Virus record (IMG/VR): IMGVR_UViG_3300035675_000006
Length of the DNA stretch: 64,000 bases
Strand: one strand, 5' to 3'
Origin: an uncultured virus (IMG/VR IMGVR_UViG_3300035675_000006)
Lineage: Duplodnaviria > Heunggongvirae > Uroviricota > Caudoviricetes
Shown here: positions 10,455 through 19,737 of the stretch, piece after piece
Numbering within the stretch: the stretch's first letter is position 1
Layout of the letters: each line of letters opens with the position of its first letter
Made by a program: the position numbers and the translations under genes
The notes under the pieces: model-generated
What the model saw: the letters and a program-made list of their open reading frames with translations, nothing else
What the model was told of the DNA's origin: nothing
The model's database searches: none

Positions 10455-11155
10455 TTCACGCGCATGCTCCGTATGCAGGTAAGACACGGGTTACTGTAGT
10501 GACTGCCGAAAAACCGTCAGGTCATGAGGCCCGGCAGATCCACGTTTATTTCATGGAGGAAATAGAGCCTGTCTGGTACGTGATAGAAAGTGCGAAGGTC
10601 ACGTTCCGGTTGATTCAGCGTTGTCGTTACTGCCATAAATACACCAACACCACGATTGAACCGATCATGGGAGATAGATACCTGATCAAACCCAAGTTCA
10701 ACGCTGCCCAGTGGTCCCGCACGTATGTTCAGGCCACTTTTCCAGAGCATCTGCAGAAATACGATATGCTTCTAATAGAATACCGTCCTGCCGAGCCAGA
10801 CGAAGATTACGTGAAAGTGGATCTGAACGGTCGAGAGCTCAAACTCGCCGTGATCAGATCACCGTTGATGGAAGAGAGATACATACATAGGTCATGCACG
10901 ATACGTGAAGAACTGATTCAGCTAGGCGAGGAACACTACCTTGTCCTGGACGAATACAGCACCCGCGGAGGCAGGTTCTACTACTACCCGCTGAAAGAAA
11001 ACACAGGGCAGTACATAACTGCAGGACAAGTACATCACGCGCCTGGAACCTGGGAATTTTTGAAAGACCTGAGCGCTTTCAAAAAGTACCACAGCAAATT
11101 CCAGGTGTTCAAGTTCATGTACAACAACCAAGCCTTCATAGGCTTCTTCAACTAG
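10385..11155 (+). CDS. Hypothetical protein
   Basis: GAGGAG RBS, 256-aa ORF. Confidence 0.6.
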   Translation: MRTVWEYHYTKQPDEPLPTGALLVHAHAPYAGKTRVTVVTAEKPSGHEARQIHVYFMEEIEPVWYVIESAKVTFRLIQRCRYCHKYTNTTIEPIMGDRYLIKPKFNAAQWSRTYVQATFPEHLQKYDMLLIEYRPAEPDEDYVKVDLNGRELKLAVIRSPLMEERYIHRSCTIREELIQLGEEHYLVLDEYSTRGGRFYYYPLKENTGQYITAGQVHHAPGTWEFLKDLSAFKKYHSKFQVFKFMYNNQAFIGFFN

Positions 11156-11164
11156 GAGACATGC

Positions 11165-11719
11165 ATGGCTGCTCCAAAGGACTTGATCATTTACGGCTGT
11201 TGTGGTGACATCGAAGCCGGAAAAGATACGACAGCCCGGCTCATGTTTCCTTGGGGTTTTCGAGCCCTGTCATTCGGCGATGCCATAAAGGAAACAGCCA
11301 TTTACTACGGGTGGGACGGCAAGAAAGATGAACATGGCCGGCGCCTGCTGCAGCATGTTGGGGACATAGGCCGTGAGTACAATCCAAACATATGGGTTGA
11401 ACGAATGGCTGATCGTCTGGATCGCGAATACGCGGCAGGCATGCGACGATTCGTGCTTCCTGATTGCAGGCAGGAAAACGAGATACTCTGGGTGGTCAAA
11501 ACCCTCGGCGGCAAACTACTCTGGGTGCGTAACAAGACTGCAGAGGACAAAGCCAAGACCGCGGCAGCGTCTACACATAAGACAGAAACAGACTGGAAAC
11601 GTGTCCTCCAGCAGGGAACAGTGCCTTACGTTGAGGTAAACAATAACGGCACCTTACCTGAGACATTTCACAGCATCCACAAGATCCTTACGGAGGATGG
11701 CATACGTCTAATTCGGTGA
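11165..11719 (+). CDS. Deoxynucleoside monophosphate kinase
   Basis: GDIEAGKDT P-loop, SFGDAIKE, RRLLQHVG, DCRQENE. Confidence 0.85.
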   Translation: MAAPKDLIIYGCCGDIEAGKDTTARLMFPWGFRALSFGDAIKETAIYYGWDGKKDEHGRRLLQHVGDIGREYNPNIWVERMADRLDREYAAGMRRFVLPDCRQENEILWVVKTLGGKLLWVRNKTAEDKAKTAAASTHKTETDWKRVLQQGTVPYVEVNNNGTLPETFHSIHKILTEDGIRLIR

Positions 11720-11862
11720 TACGCCTAGGCGTAATCGTTTTGGCGGTAGCCATACTAATCCTGTTCATAGAGGGCCTGGTCAAAATAATGGCTTTCCCAT
11801 TGGCGATCGCGATCGTGTGCTTCGTTCTTTACAAGATCATGCAGCACAAGAATTCACGTTGA
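11716..11862 (+). CDS. 48-aa membrane protein
   Basis: GTGA overlap; MIRLGVIVLAVAILILFIEGLVKIMAFPLAIAIVCFVLY (read manually). Confidence 0.5.
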   Translation: MIRLGVIVLAVAILILFIEGLVKIMAFPLAIAIVCFVLYKIMQHKNSR

Positions 11863-11869
11863 GGATCAC

Positions 11870-12145
11870 ATGCCTAACTACGACCCTGACATGGTATTCT
11901 GGAAAGCAGTGGCGGCTGCCAAAGAATTGTTGCTAAACAGCGAACTCCTCAAGAAAACACACCTGGACATTCCTGCAGACAAGGCTGTGATGAAAGCAAT
12001 GATCCTGCTGATGCTGGCTAACGAGGGCCGCTCAAAACCCCAATTACCTGTCGAGATAAAAGAGTTATGTGACAAATTCAGACAATCCAGCAACCCGTTT
12101 GAACGCATGGACTTGCTGGAAAAGATTAAAAACTACGGTGATTGA
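11870..12145 (+). CDS. Hypothetical protein
   Basis: GAGG RBS. Confidence 0.55.
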   Translation: MPNYDPDMVFWKAVAAAKELLLNSELLKKTHLDIPADKAVMKAMILLMLANEGRSKPQLPVEIKELCDKFRQSSNPFERMDLLEKIKNYGD

Positions 12146-12196
12146 CGCTACCTCAGAACATAGTAAGACCGTGCTTCGGTCTCAGGAGACAAACGC

Positions 12197-14605
12197 ATGG
12201 CTCGCGCAGAGTACATCCGCAATGAGAATATCGACAACGTACTGAAATCACGTTACCTGCACCGAAAAGAAGACGGGACGTTCATGGAAGATCCCGAAGG
12301 CATGCTGGCACGAGTATCCAAAACAATTGCTTCGGCTGAGAAGACTGACAACGAACGCAATTACTGGGAAGAACAGTTTTATAACAGCATGGCTTCCAGG
12401 GAGTTCATGCCTAACAGTCCGACGCTCATGAATGCAGGGCGTAAGTTAAACCAACTGTCCGCTTGCTTCGTGATACCGATCGAAGACAGCATCGACGGCA
12501 TCATGAAGGCCGCTACTGCTACTGCGATAGTTCAGAAGTCAGGTGGCGGCACAGGTTTCACGCTGGACCGGCTCCGACCAACAGGCGACTACATCTATTC
12601 CAGTGGTGGGACTACTTCAGGGCCGATGTCGTTCTGGCGCATTCTGCACCAGGTGACAGAAAGCATCCAGCAAGGCAGTTTCCGCCGCGGCGCCAACATG
12701 ATGATGCTGAGTCTGAGCCATCCGGACATACTCAAATTCATCAACATCAAGCAGGACCTCACACAGTTCACGTCATACAACATTTCAGTGAAGCTGAAAG
12801 ACGCAGACATGGACTGCATTCTGAACCATCCTGAATATGCAATCCAGGTAACCAATCCCCGAACAAACCTAGACTATCTGATTCCCCGAACCATAGACGG
12901 CCCCAAGCTTTTGACTTACACAATCAAAGATTTGATACCTGTAGCAAAGCACTCCAGTGAAAAGGTCTGGACCTATGGAGAGATCTGGAAAGTCATCTGC
13001 CATAATGCATGGCAGACTGGCGAGCCAGGCCTGAGCTTCATAGATCTGGTGCAACGCACGAACACAGTTAATCACCGCGTCCAGATAGAGACAAGCAATC
13101 CGTGCGGCGAGCAGCAGCTGCCTCCGTGGGGTAACTGTTCCCTCGGCAGCATTAACATTGCTGCTTTCGTGAAGGATAACAAGACAATCGATTTTCCGAG
13201 TCTCAAGCGGATAACCCAGACTGCAGTCCGGTTCCTGGACAACTCGATCGACGTTAATAGCTACCCGATACCTGAAATCAAAGAACAAGCCTTGAACGAC
13301 AGGCGCATTGGCATCGGCATAATGGGCTTCGCAGATGCTCTATACAAGATGCGCATTCGTTACAATTCTCCTGAAGGCTATACACTGGCTGAGAACATCA
13401 TGAGCTTCATAAACAAGGAAGCCCATGACTACAGCGAGAAGCTTGCCGGCGAACGCGGTTCGTTCCTGTGGTGGGAAGGTTCCTACTGGCAAAAACAGAA
13501 TCGGCCAATGCGTAACTGCATGCTTACCAACGTGGCACCGACAGGGACTATCAGCATACTCGCAGACTGCTCAGGTGGCCTGGAACCGCTGTACAGTTTG
13601 GGTTTCTGGCGCCAGGTCCTGAACGGTCAGATCATGTGGCAGGGCAACCAGTATTTCGATGCAGCCCTTAAAGAAGCAGGTGTTTCAGACGCTGACAAAC
13701 AGATCATTTACGATTATGTGGCAGGCAAACCTGGATCCAAACAGGAAGGTGCAGGGACACTCTTTGGTTGTCCTGTGAAACTTCCGGACTGGATCAAGAC
13801 AGTCTTCGTAACGGCCCGGGACATCCCGGTGCAAGACCACATAACCATGCAAGCTGCGTTCCAGAAACATGTCGATAACGCGGTGAGCAAGACCGTCAAT
13901 CTGTCTGAGAACGCCAAAGTCGAAGAAGTAGCAGAAGCGTTCCTGTTTGCTTACAAGAACGGCTGCAAAGGCATCACTGTCTATCGTGACAAGTGCCGGA
14001 GCAACCAGCCCATGAGCGTAAGCCTCAGCAGCGACAAAAAACAAGTCCTGCACAAGCCTTCCAAGAAAAAACTACCCCGTGTTGGCAAGCTGATCGGGTA
14101 CAAGTTTACCGAGCCTTTGGGCGACATATATGTAAACATCCGGCACAATGAACATGAAGTCAATGAGGTGTTCGCCAACACGGAACGGTCCAATACTTTA
14201 GTAAGCCTGTATGTGAATGCCCTGTCTCGAGTACTCTCAACAGCGATAAGATACGGCGTTCCCGCGGAGGCTTTCGAGTTCCTGGAAAAGATGCATGACC
14301 CTGAAGAACAGCCGCCGATCATCGGCCCTTTCGGAGTAACGACAGGTCCTGAGGCATTTGGCAGGGCCCTGAAATTCTTTCGCATGGGACTGATGGACGA
14401 CCAGTCCGTGGTCAAGCATCACAAGGACACTTTCGGCGAACTCGAGAAACTTAGACAGGAATTGAACAAGCTTCCTGAAAATTACAAACACACTACAGGC
14501 ACGCTCTGTCCTGAATGCAACGCGCTCATGTACCCGAACCCGGGATGTTCCAATGGGATGCTTTGCTATTCTTGCGGATACACGACAGGGCACTGCAAAG
14601 GCTAG
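12197..14605 (+). CDS. nrdJ: Class II (adenosylcobalamin-dependent) ribonucleotide reductase
   Basis: PNSPTLMNAG, LSACFV, GGGTG, GEPG, NPCGEQ, CSLGSIN, APTGTIS, C-terminal CxxC pairs; no beta subunit nearby. Confidence 0.9.
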   Translation: MARAEYIRNENIDNVLKSRYLHRKEDGTFMEDPEGMLARVSKTIASAEKTDNERNYWEEQFYNSMASREFMPNSPTLMNAGRKLNQLSACFVIPIEDSIDGIMKAATATAIVQKSGGGTGFTLDRLRPTGDYIYSSGGTTSGPMSFWRILHQVTESIQQGSFRRGANMMMLSLSHPDILKFINIKQDLTQFTSYNISVKLKDADMDCILNHPEYAIQVTNPRTNLDYLIPRTIDGPKLLTYTIKDLIPVAKHSSEKVWTYGEIWKVICHNAWQTGEPGLSFIDLVQRTNTVNHRVQIETSNPCGEQQLPPWGNCSLGSINIAAFVKDNKTIDFPSLKRITQTAVRFLDNSIDVNSYPIPEIKEQALNDRRIGIGIMGFADALYKMRIRYNSPEGYTLAENIMSFINKEAHDYSEKLAGERGSFLWWEGSYWQKQNRPMRNCMLTNVAPTGTISILADCSGGLEPLYSLGFWRQVLNGQIMWQGNQYFDAALKEAGVSDADKQIIYDYVAGKPGSKQEGAGTLFGCPVKLPDWIKTVFVTARDIPVQDHITMQAAFQKHVDNAVSKTVNLSENAKVEEVAEAFLFAYKNGCKGITVYRDKCRSNQPMSVSLSSDKKQVLHKPSKKKLPRVGKLIGYKFTEPLGDIYVNIRHNEHEVNEVFANTERSNTLVSLYVNALSRVLSTAIRYGVPAEAFEFLEKMHDPEEQPPIIGPFGVTTGPEAFGRALKFFRMGLMDDQSVVKHHKDTFGELEKLRQELNKLPENYKHTTGTLCPECNALMYPNPGCSNGMLCYSCGYTTGHCKG

Positions 14606-14610
14606 GAGAC

Positions 14611-15114
14611 ATGGGTAATCCATACCTGGGGATCAAGACAGGTGTTTTGGAATGGCGATTCAAAGAAGAAATAAACAGGACTTGGTATTCCACAGGTCGC
14701 ACTTTCGAAATAGAAACTGTATATAAAGGCGCTTGCGGAAGAATGATCTCAGAAACACGCGATATGGAACTGGACAATGAAAACAACCTCATGAACACGC
14801 TTCATTTGCCAGATAATGTGGAATGCATAAGCAGCATGCCTTACAGCCTTTACGATCGCGTAACTCCACCTAGACCAGAACTTCCTTGTACTGAATGTCT
14901 GGTTTTGTATGCCGAGAGGCTTGCTAATTTTACTGACAAGAGCCGGAAGGCTGCACGGAAAGCGCGTAGCAAGAGACGCGTCATGAAGCCCAAGCACAAA
15001 TCCGGCAGGAAACGCAAACAAGACCTACTGAATATCTTTGAGCAAGAACAGCTCCGGCAAGTGAAAAGGCTTGCAGGCAGGCAAATCGTGGATAAGCTCC
15101 TCCCTTGGGATTAA
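14611..15114 (+). CDS. Cys-motif protein (family 1)
   Basis: AGGAG RBS; CTECLVLYAE. Confidence 0.6.
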   Translation: MGNPYLGIKTGVLEWRFKEEINRTWYSTGRTFEIETVYKGACGRMISETRDMELDNENNLMNTLHLPDNVECISSMPYSLYDRVTPPRPELPCTECLVLYAERLANFTDKSRKAARKARSKRRVMKPKHKSGRKRKQDLLNIFEQEQLRQVKRLAGRQIVDKLLPWD

Positions 15115-15133
15115 CCAAGGGAGGAACTAATCC

Positions 15134-16186
15134 ATGGATCAAGGCACGTTCGAAGCAATTCAGGGAAACCTGAATACCGTGGCAGAGATCGTTCGGGTAA
15201 CCCAACAGATCCTGTCAGGGACCGGTCTTACCGAAGTAGGAAACACAGGTGTAACTGGTTCTACTGGACCTGTTGGTGGCCCGGGTATTGAAGGTGTTGA
15301 AGGCCCTCCGGGAATTACCGAAGACGGTGACGCAATGGTTGCTGAGATCGAAGCCCGCGTTGATGACAGATCTATCGTGTCAGGCAACAGGTCTGTCAGC
15401 TTCGGCATTAATGACTATCCAGGATGTCCGTTAGCCGGCTGCATACCTGATGCGCGTAACTGGGCCAAGTTCTGCGTGAACCAGTTCGGCGTTCCTGTGC
15501 AGAATGCCCGGATAGTCCTGGACAGCAAAGCCCAACGCGCAGGCATGTGGGATCAGCTGCAGTGGGCCAAGCAAGGTCTCAAAGCCGGCGACGACCTGAT
15601 TATCACTTACTCAGGTCACGGCGCTCAGGATGCTGGCCCTGGTTCTGATTCTGAACCCGACCGGCTCAACGAAGTCTGGTGCTGCCAGGATTTCGCCTGG
15701 ACACCAGAGACAGAGATTTCCGACAAAGATCTGTACCAGTACGTGAAAGATTTACCCGCCGGCGTCAGGTGCTTTATAGTTTCTGACTCATGCCACAGCG
15801 GTGATTACTTCACTCGTGAACTGACCAGGAATCCGCACAAGATCACGCCCAGGTTCTATCCGATCATACCGCCGAACGTTCATGCCCGACTGCACAGGGC
15901 ACGACAGAATATCTACCGCGGCATGAAATACGGTTTACCTGATGTCGTGTACTTGTCAGGTTGCCGTGCGGACCAGACCAGTGCTGACACGCAGGATCCG
16001 CAGGGCAATCCGTGCGGCGCCCTGACATTCTATGCGCTCAAGAACCTGGCTCTGAACTGGAACAAGAAACCTATGATAGACCTCACGAGTGACATCGTGG
16101 GTGAACTGCATGGCGCAGGTTACTCACAGACGCCACAGTGTGAAGGCGCTCGTCGTAAGGAGATACTGTTCAGTTGGAAAGATTAA
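15134..16186 (+). CDS. Metacaspase-like peptidase C14 with short N-terminal collagen-like repeat
   Basis: GINDY, YSGHG and DSCHSG His/Cys dyad, SGC..Q.S.D, GALT; G-X-Y repeat near N-terminus. Confidence 0.88.
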   Translation: MDQGTFEAIQGNLNTVAEIVRVTQQILSGTGLTEVGNTGVTGSTGPVGGPGIEGVEGPPGITEDGDAMVAEIEARVDDRSIVSGNRSVSFGINDYPGCPLAGCIPDARNWAKFCVNQFGVPVQNARIVLDSKAQRAGMWDQLQWAKQGLKAGDDLIITYSGHGAQDAGPGSDSEPDRLNEVWCCQDFAWTPETEISDKDLYQYVKDLPAGVRCFIVSDSCHSGDYFTRELTRNPHKITPRFYPIIPPNVHARLHRARQNIYRGMKYGLPDVVYLSGCRADQTSADTQDPQGNPCGALTFYALKNLALNWNKKPMIDLTSDIVGELHGAGYSQTPQCEGARRKEILFSWKD

Positions 16187-16551
16187 GGGGGTGCACAGGT
16201 TTCGACGGATTTCGTGAACACCGAGTTGCGTGCCGAGGTGGTTCGGAGGCCTCGTTAAACACCGGACAACGTCTCAACTGCCAAGAACATTGTTCGCGGC
16301 AATTTCGGTCTCCAGACCGGAACTCTCGCTGCCTAACCGGGAGCTAACCAAAAGCTAGGCACTTCTCACTGAGGCTTGGTAGGTGAGAAGGAAGACGTGA
16401 CGTGTACAAGCTATCGCTGATGAATCAGCTAGGTCTTGCCCAGTCGTGTAGTTATCTGGGTAATACTGAAATCTCTGAAACTGCACTACGCACGTAGTAG
16501 CTCTGTCGGATCGACTTCTGGACGCGGGTTCGATTCCCGCCACCTCCACCA
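16187..16551 (+). ncRNA. ssrA: tmRNA
   Basis: GGGGGTG..GGTTTCGAC 5' end, T-arm and CACCTCCACCA 3' end; tag frame 16280-16336 AKNIVRGNFGLQTGTLAA*. Confidence 0.95.
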
Positions 16552-16583
16552 TTTGTGAGGGCCCGCGAGGGCTACTCGTTGGG

Positions 16584-16620
16584 GAGCCCGGGAGCTGTGG
16601 GGTAATCCCGGGCTCTTTTT
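16584..16620 (+). terminator. Rho-independent terminator
   Basis: GAGCCCGGGA/TCCCGGGCTC stem plus T-run. Confidence 0.75.
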
Positions 16621-16627
16621 GATCTAA

Positions 16628-16704
16628 GGACGGGCATGAGGGTTCGAGTCCCTCTCGATGCCGCTGTGAAGCGTCTTGATCATTCAATTGGATAGGACCC
16701 GTCC
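16628..16704 (+). ncRNA. Permuted tRNA-like (YrlA-like) module
   Basis: GGACGGG/CCCGTCC closing stem; T-arm GAGGG-TTCGAGT-CCCTC lies before a D-loop-like AATTGGATA. Confidence 0.6.
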
Positions 16705-16712
16705 ACTTAAGT

Positions 16713-17209
16713 TTTGGTTAAGTACCTGTCACAGGTACGCGAGACGTGACCAGAGTAAACTACGCTTCCGCTCCGCTCGTTTCACTACGTTCCACTGCGC
16801 TGCGCTCCGCTCCGTTTACCCAGGTCAGAGATGTACAACAGAGCAAATTCAGATTGGTTAAGTACCTGTTACGGGTACACGTTACTTAGACCGAAGTCAC
16901 TCCGCTACAGCTGCGCGTGCTTCGCCGCGTCGCTTCCGCTTCGTGACAGGGTCTGTTCTATGTCAGAGCAACTTCAATTTGGTTTAAGCATACGCCACGT
17001 ATGCGCGAGACAAGACCACCGGGTCCAGGTTCCGTTCGTTCGTGTGTTCCCACTCACTCACTTCACCTCGACCCTCCGGTCTCATCAGTAACATAGCAAA
17101 TTAATTTAGTTTACTCCTGCCACGGGAGAATGTAGCATTTGGTCAGCGCCCAATGCGAATCACGCTCTTGAAATTTTTGAAGAGCTGATATCAGGGCCAA
17201 GAAAGTAAA
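16713..17209 (+). ncRNA. Retron-like msr-msd units, cluster B (4 units: 16713-16847, 16852-16973, 16977-17101, 17105-17209)
   Basis: Terminal pairings with G-G apposition; hairpins GTACCTG-TCA-CAGGTAC, GTACCTG-TTA-CGGGTAC, GCATACG-CCA-CGTATGC, CTCCTG-CCA-CGGGAG. Confidence 0.75.
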
Positions 17210-17459
17210 GTAGCTGGCGTGCGTCGTACTGCCTCTGGTTGGGAGGCCAGAGTGTTGCCGTAGCGGCTGCATGGTTTGGACAGGGATCATGCAGAACAGA
17301 CCAGGGAGCGCGGGACATGCTCCACGGATCGGGCAACAGACAACTCGCTACAAGAGGCTTGGTAGGCCCAGGCTGATTTGTCTCCAAAATAATTAGATAC
17401 TGACGATGTTTAGCCCCTCGGTGACCTGTCCAACCGAGGGGCATTTGTTTGGAGGACCA

Positions 17460-17759
17460 ATGACTTTTGAAGAAAAGAAAGAAATGCTCGCTGAGCTTAA
17501 CCCTGAGATGCTTCTGGCAGATGGTTTCGAGGACGCCTTAATCGGCCATGTACAGCAATTCAATAAGACACTAGCCCTTTATGACTACGAGAAATGTGTC
17601 GCCATCCTGATGTTCCGGGATAAAATGACTGACGAAGAAGCTCGAGAGTTTCTGGAATTCAACACATTGGGCGCTTACGTCGGTGAGAATACCCCTGCGT
17701 TCGCGTTCTTTTTTCAGGAGAACAAACCAGATGAAAAGCCTCAGGATAGCGGTTCTTAG
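17460..17759 (+). CDS. Hypothetical phage protein
   Basis: GGAGG RBS; ADGFEDALIG..YDYEKC..EFNTLGAYVGENTP. Confidence 0.7.
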   Translation: MTFEEKKEMLAELNPEMLLADGFEDALIGHVQQFNKTLALYDYEKCVAILMFRDKMTDEEAREFLEFNTLGAYVGENTPAFAFFFQENKPDEKPQDSGS

Positions 17760-18129
17760 TCTGCTGCTTTACGGCTGTCTGTACGGTGGGGAGAACAAAG
17801 ACAAGTTCATACAGGCAGCTAAAGATTATATAGCCAAGCACTCTACGCCTGAGGCTGAAGCTAAGTGGCAAAAAAAGTGGACAGATCGCGTCGAGACCAT
17901 GATCCAGGACAGGAATGCGAGTGACGAGGAGAGCGCGCTGAAACGAGTGGTATTTGACTGGTGCGCGGACAACGGAGAAAAATGGAGACAAGAGATTCCC
18001 ATAAAAGACAAGTTGCAGATGTGCAGGTACTACCTGATCTGCCGAAGCAAAGGTTACGCGATGCCATACCAAATCGAAGAACAGCTAACCGACGAGAATC
18101 TGGAAAAGTTCATGAACGACAAGCAGTAA
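17731..18129 (+). CDS. Secreted/lipoprotein-like hypothetical protein
   Basis: AGGAG RBS, signal-like MKSLRIAVLSLLLYGC. Confidence 0.6.
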   Translation: MKSLRIAVLSLLLYGCLYGGENKDKFIQAAKDYIAKHSTPEAEAKWQKKWTDRVETMIQDRNASDEESALKRVVFDWCADNGEKWRQEIPIKDKLQMCRYYLICRSKGYAMPYQIEEQLTDENLEKFMNDKQ

Positions 18130-18137
18130 GTGCATTC

Positions 18138-18695
18138 GTGAACTATAACCGGACGCGTGAAGAACAGGAGGAAATGCTGTTCTTCTGCGTGGCTGTTGCC
18201 GGCAAAACATCAAGGACGGTCAACCCTGCTGTTAAGCGTTTCTTTGCGGAGAGAATGCATGATGAGTCCCCATTCAATTATTTGCGAAGGCTCCTTGATA
18301 GTCAGCAACTGCTCTCCCAGATGCGACTGCATAAGCTTGGGCAGTATACCAAACTCCTCAAGTTCAGCCTTCATGTCACGAAAGAACGCCTGGATCCAAC
18401 CACTGCCGGACTTGAGACCCTGGAATCAATCCATGGAATCGGTCCCAAGACAGCCCGATTCTTCCTGCTGTACACACGCCCAGATCAGAACATAGCCGTA
18501 CTGGATACACACATACTCGCTTACCTGCGTGAACAAGGCTACCCTGCGCCTAAAGCAACGCCCCAGAACCGGGCAAAATATCGGGAACTGGAACTATTAG
18601 TTCTCAGGCTTGCCAGAGAAGCAGGCTTGTCTCCTGTAGAGTTCGACGATCACATCTGGAATATACGCTCCAAGAAAATCCAGAGCCGGGTGTAG
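18138..18695 (+). CDS. HhH DNA glycosylase (OGG/EndoIII-like), start uncertain
   Basis: IHGIGPKTARFF HhH motif and VLDTHI. Confidence 0.8.
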   Translation: MNYNRTREEQEEMLFFCVAVAGKTSRTVNPAVKRFFAERMHDESPFNYLRRLLDSQQLLSQMRLHKLGQYTKLLKFSLHVTKERLDPTTAGLETLESIHGIGPKTARFFLLYTRPDQNIAVLDTHILAYLREQGYPAPKATPQNRAKYRELELLVLRLAREAGLSPVEFDDHIWNIRSKKIQSRV

Positions 18696-18712
18696 CTGGC
18701 GCCAGCTACACA

Positions 18713-19391
18713 TACAGTTTCTGCTCTTGTCACGAGAGCCTGATTCTGCACGTGCTGCGCCGTGCGGCACATGTCGACGACTTCGAGAGATTCCCCGAAG
18801 TCCTAGTATTCGAGTACTAGTCCTCAATATTGAGTTAATTACTTGAGAGTACTAGTACATCATAAAGTGTACCAAGGATCCTAGGCGCTGGTGTGCACGC
18901 CAGCGTTAGTAGCAGTCGCTTCTGTGTCACGCAGAACTGTTTACCGCGTCCTGCGGCGCGTTTTCTACACATGTTATGTATGTAGTAGAAAATGTTTGAT
19001 ATGCTGTATTGCAATCACAACGTGCTTTAACAGTTTTTCTGCGTTACGCAGAAATGCATGCTGCGTCCTTCGGCGCGATGCCCCGGTCAGTCCAGTAGGG
19101 CCAGTAGATCCCGTGGCACCAGTCGGTCCTGTAGCACCCGTCGGACCGGTCACCCCCAGTAAATACAAAGTGTTGTAATAGTTCGTTCTGCGTTACGCAG
19201 AAATGCTTTAGGTGTCCTCCTGCGTCGTCCACCAGGAGCTGTAGGCAAAAACGCCTACAGCCGCCTACAGCCATCAAAACACATAGTATTTCAATCGTGG
19301 TTTTCTGGATGTTACGTCCAGGAGAGACGTGACCTTCGCAGGTCGAAATTAACAAGTTCCAAGCACGACACCCCGCCTGCGCGCGAGCACG
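18713..19391 (+). ncRNA. Retron-like msr-msd units, cluster C (5 units: 18713-18871, 18911-19026, 19028-19175, 19177-19290, 19296-19391)
   Basis: Terminal pairings TACA-G/G-TGTA, AGCA-G/G-TGCT, TAACA-G/G-TGTTG, AATA-G/G-TATT, CGTG-G/G-CACG; triloop hairpins such as GCTCTTG-TCA-CGAGAGC and TTCTGCG-TTA-CGCAGAA. Confidence 0.75.
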
Positions 19392-19431
19392 CGTGTGAGA
19401 AACCAGAGAGCACTTTAACAGGAGAGAGAAC

Positions 19432-19737
19432 ATGGCTGCAGTACCTGCCCCGGAAGAGTTTACTTTGATGTTAAAGCCATCTGAGATGGCTGCACTTTTA
19501 ACAGTTATTGGCACATCGCCAATGCTCACTCGAAGTAATAACAACGCGAAATTTGTCCAAGACGTTGACAAAGAGTTGTCTCGGTATTACACCCTAGCTG
19601 AGCTAGGTGTTGTATCAATGGGTGCAGAAAACGAAACGGCTACTGTTTGCGTTAACTTGTTCGAGCAGTTCCAGAGACTTGTTAGGGCCAAGATGGAGGC
19701 AACAAAAGCAAAACTATGTCTACCACTCAAGTCCTGA
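19432..19737 (+). CDS. Hypothetical protein
   Basis: AGGAG RBS. Confidence 0.6.
   Translation: MAAVPAPEEFTLMLKPSEMAALLTVIGTSPMLTRSNNNAKFVQDVDKELSRYYTLAELGVVSMGAENETATVCVNLFEQFQRLVRAKMEATKAKLCLPLKS

Noticed and set aside
232..14798. Many minus-strand ORFs opposite core genes
   Set aside because: Antisense shadows of well-supported + strand genes with no recognisable motifs
16355..17444. ORFs over tmRNA and cluster B
   Set aside because: They overlap RNA genes and low-complexity repeats
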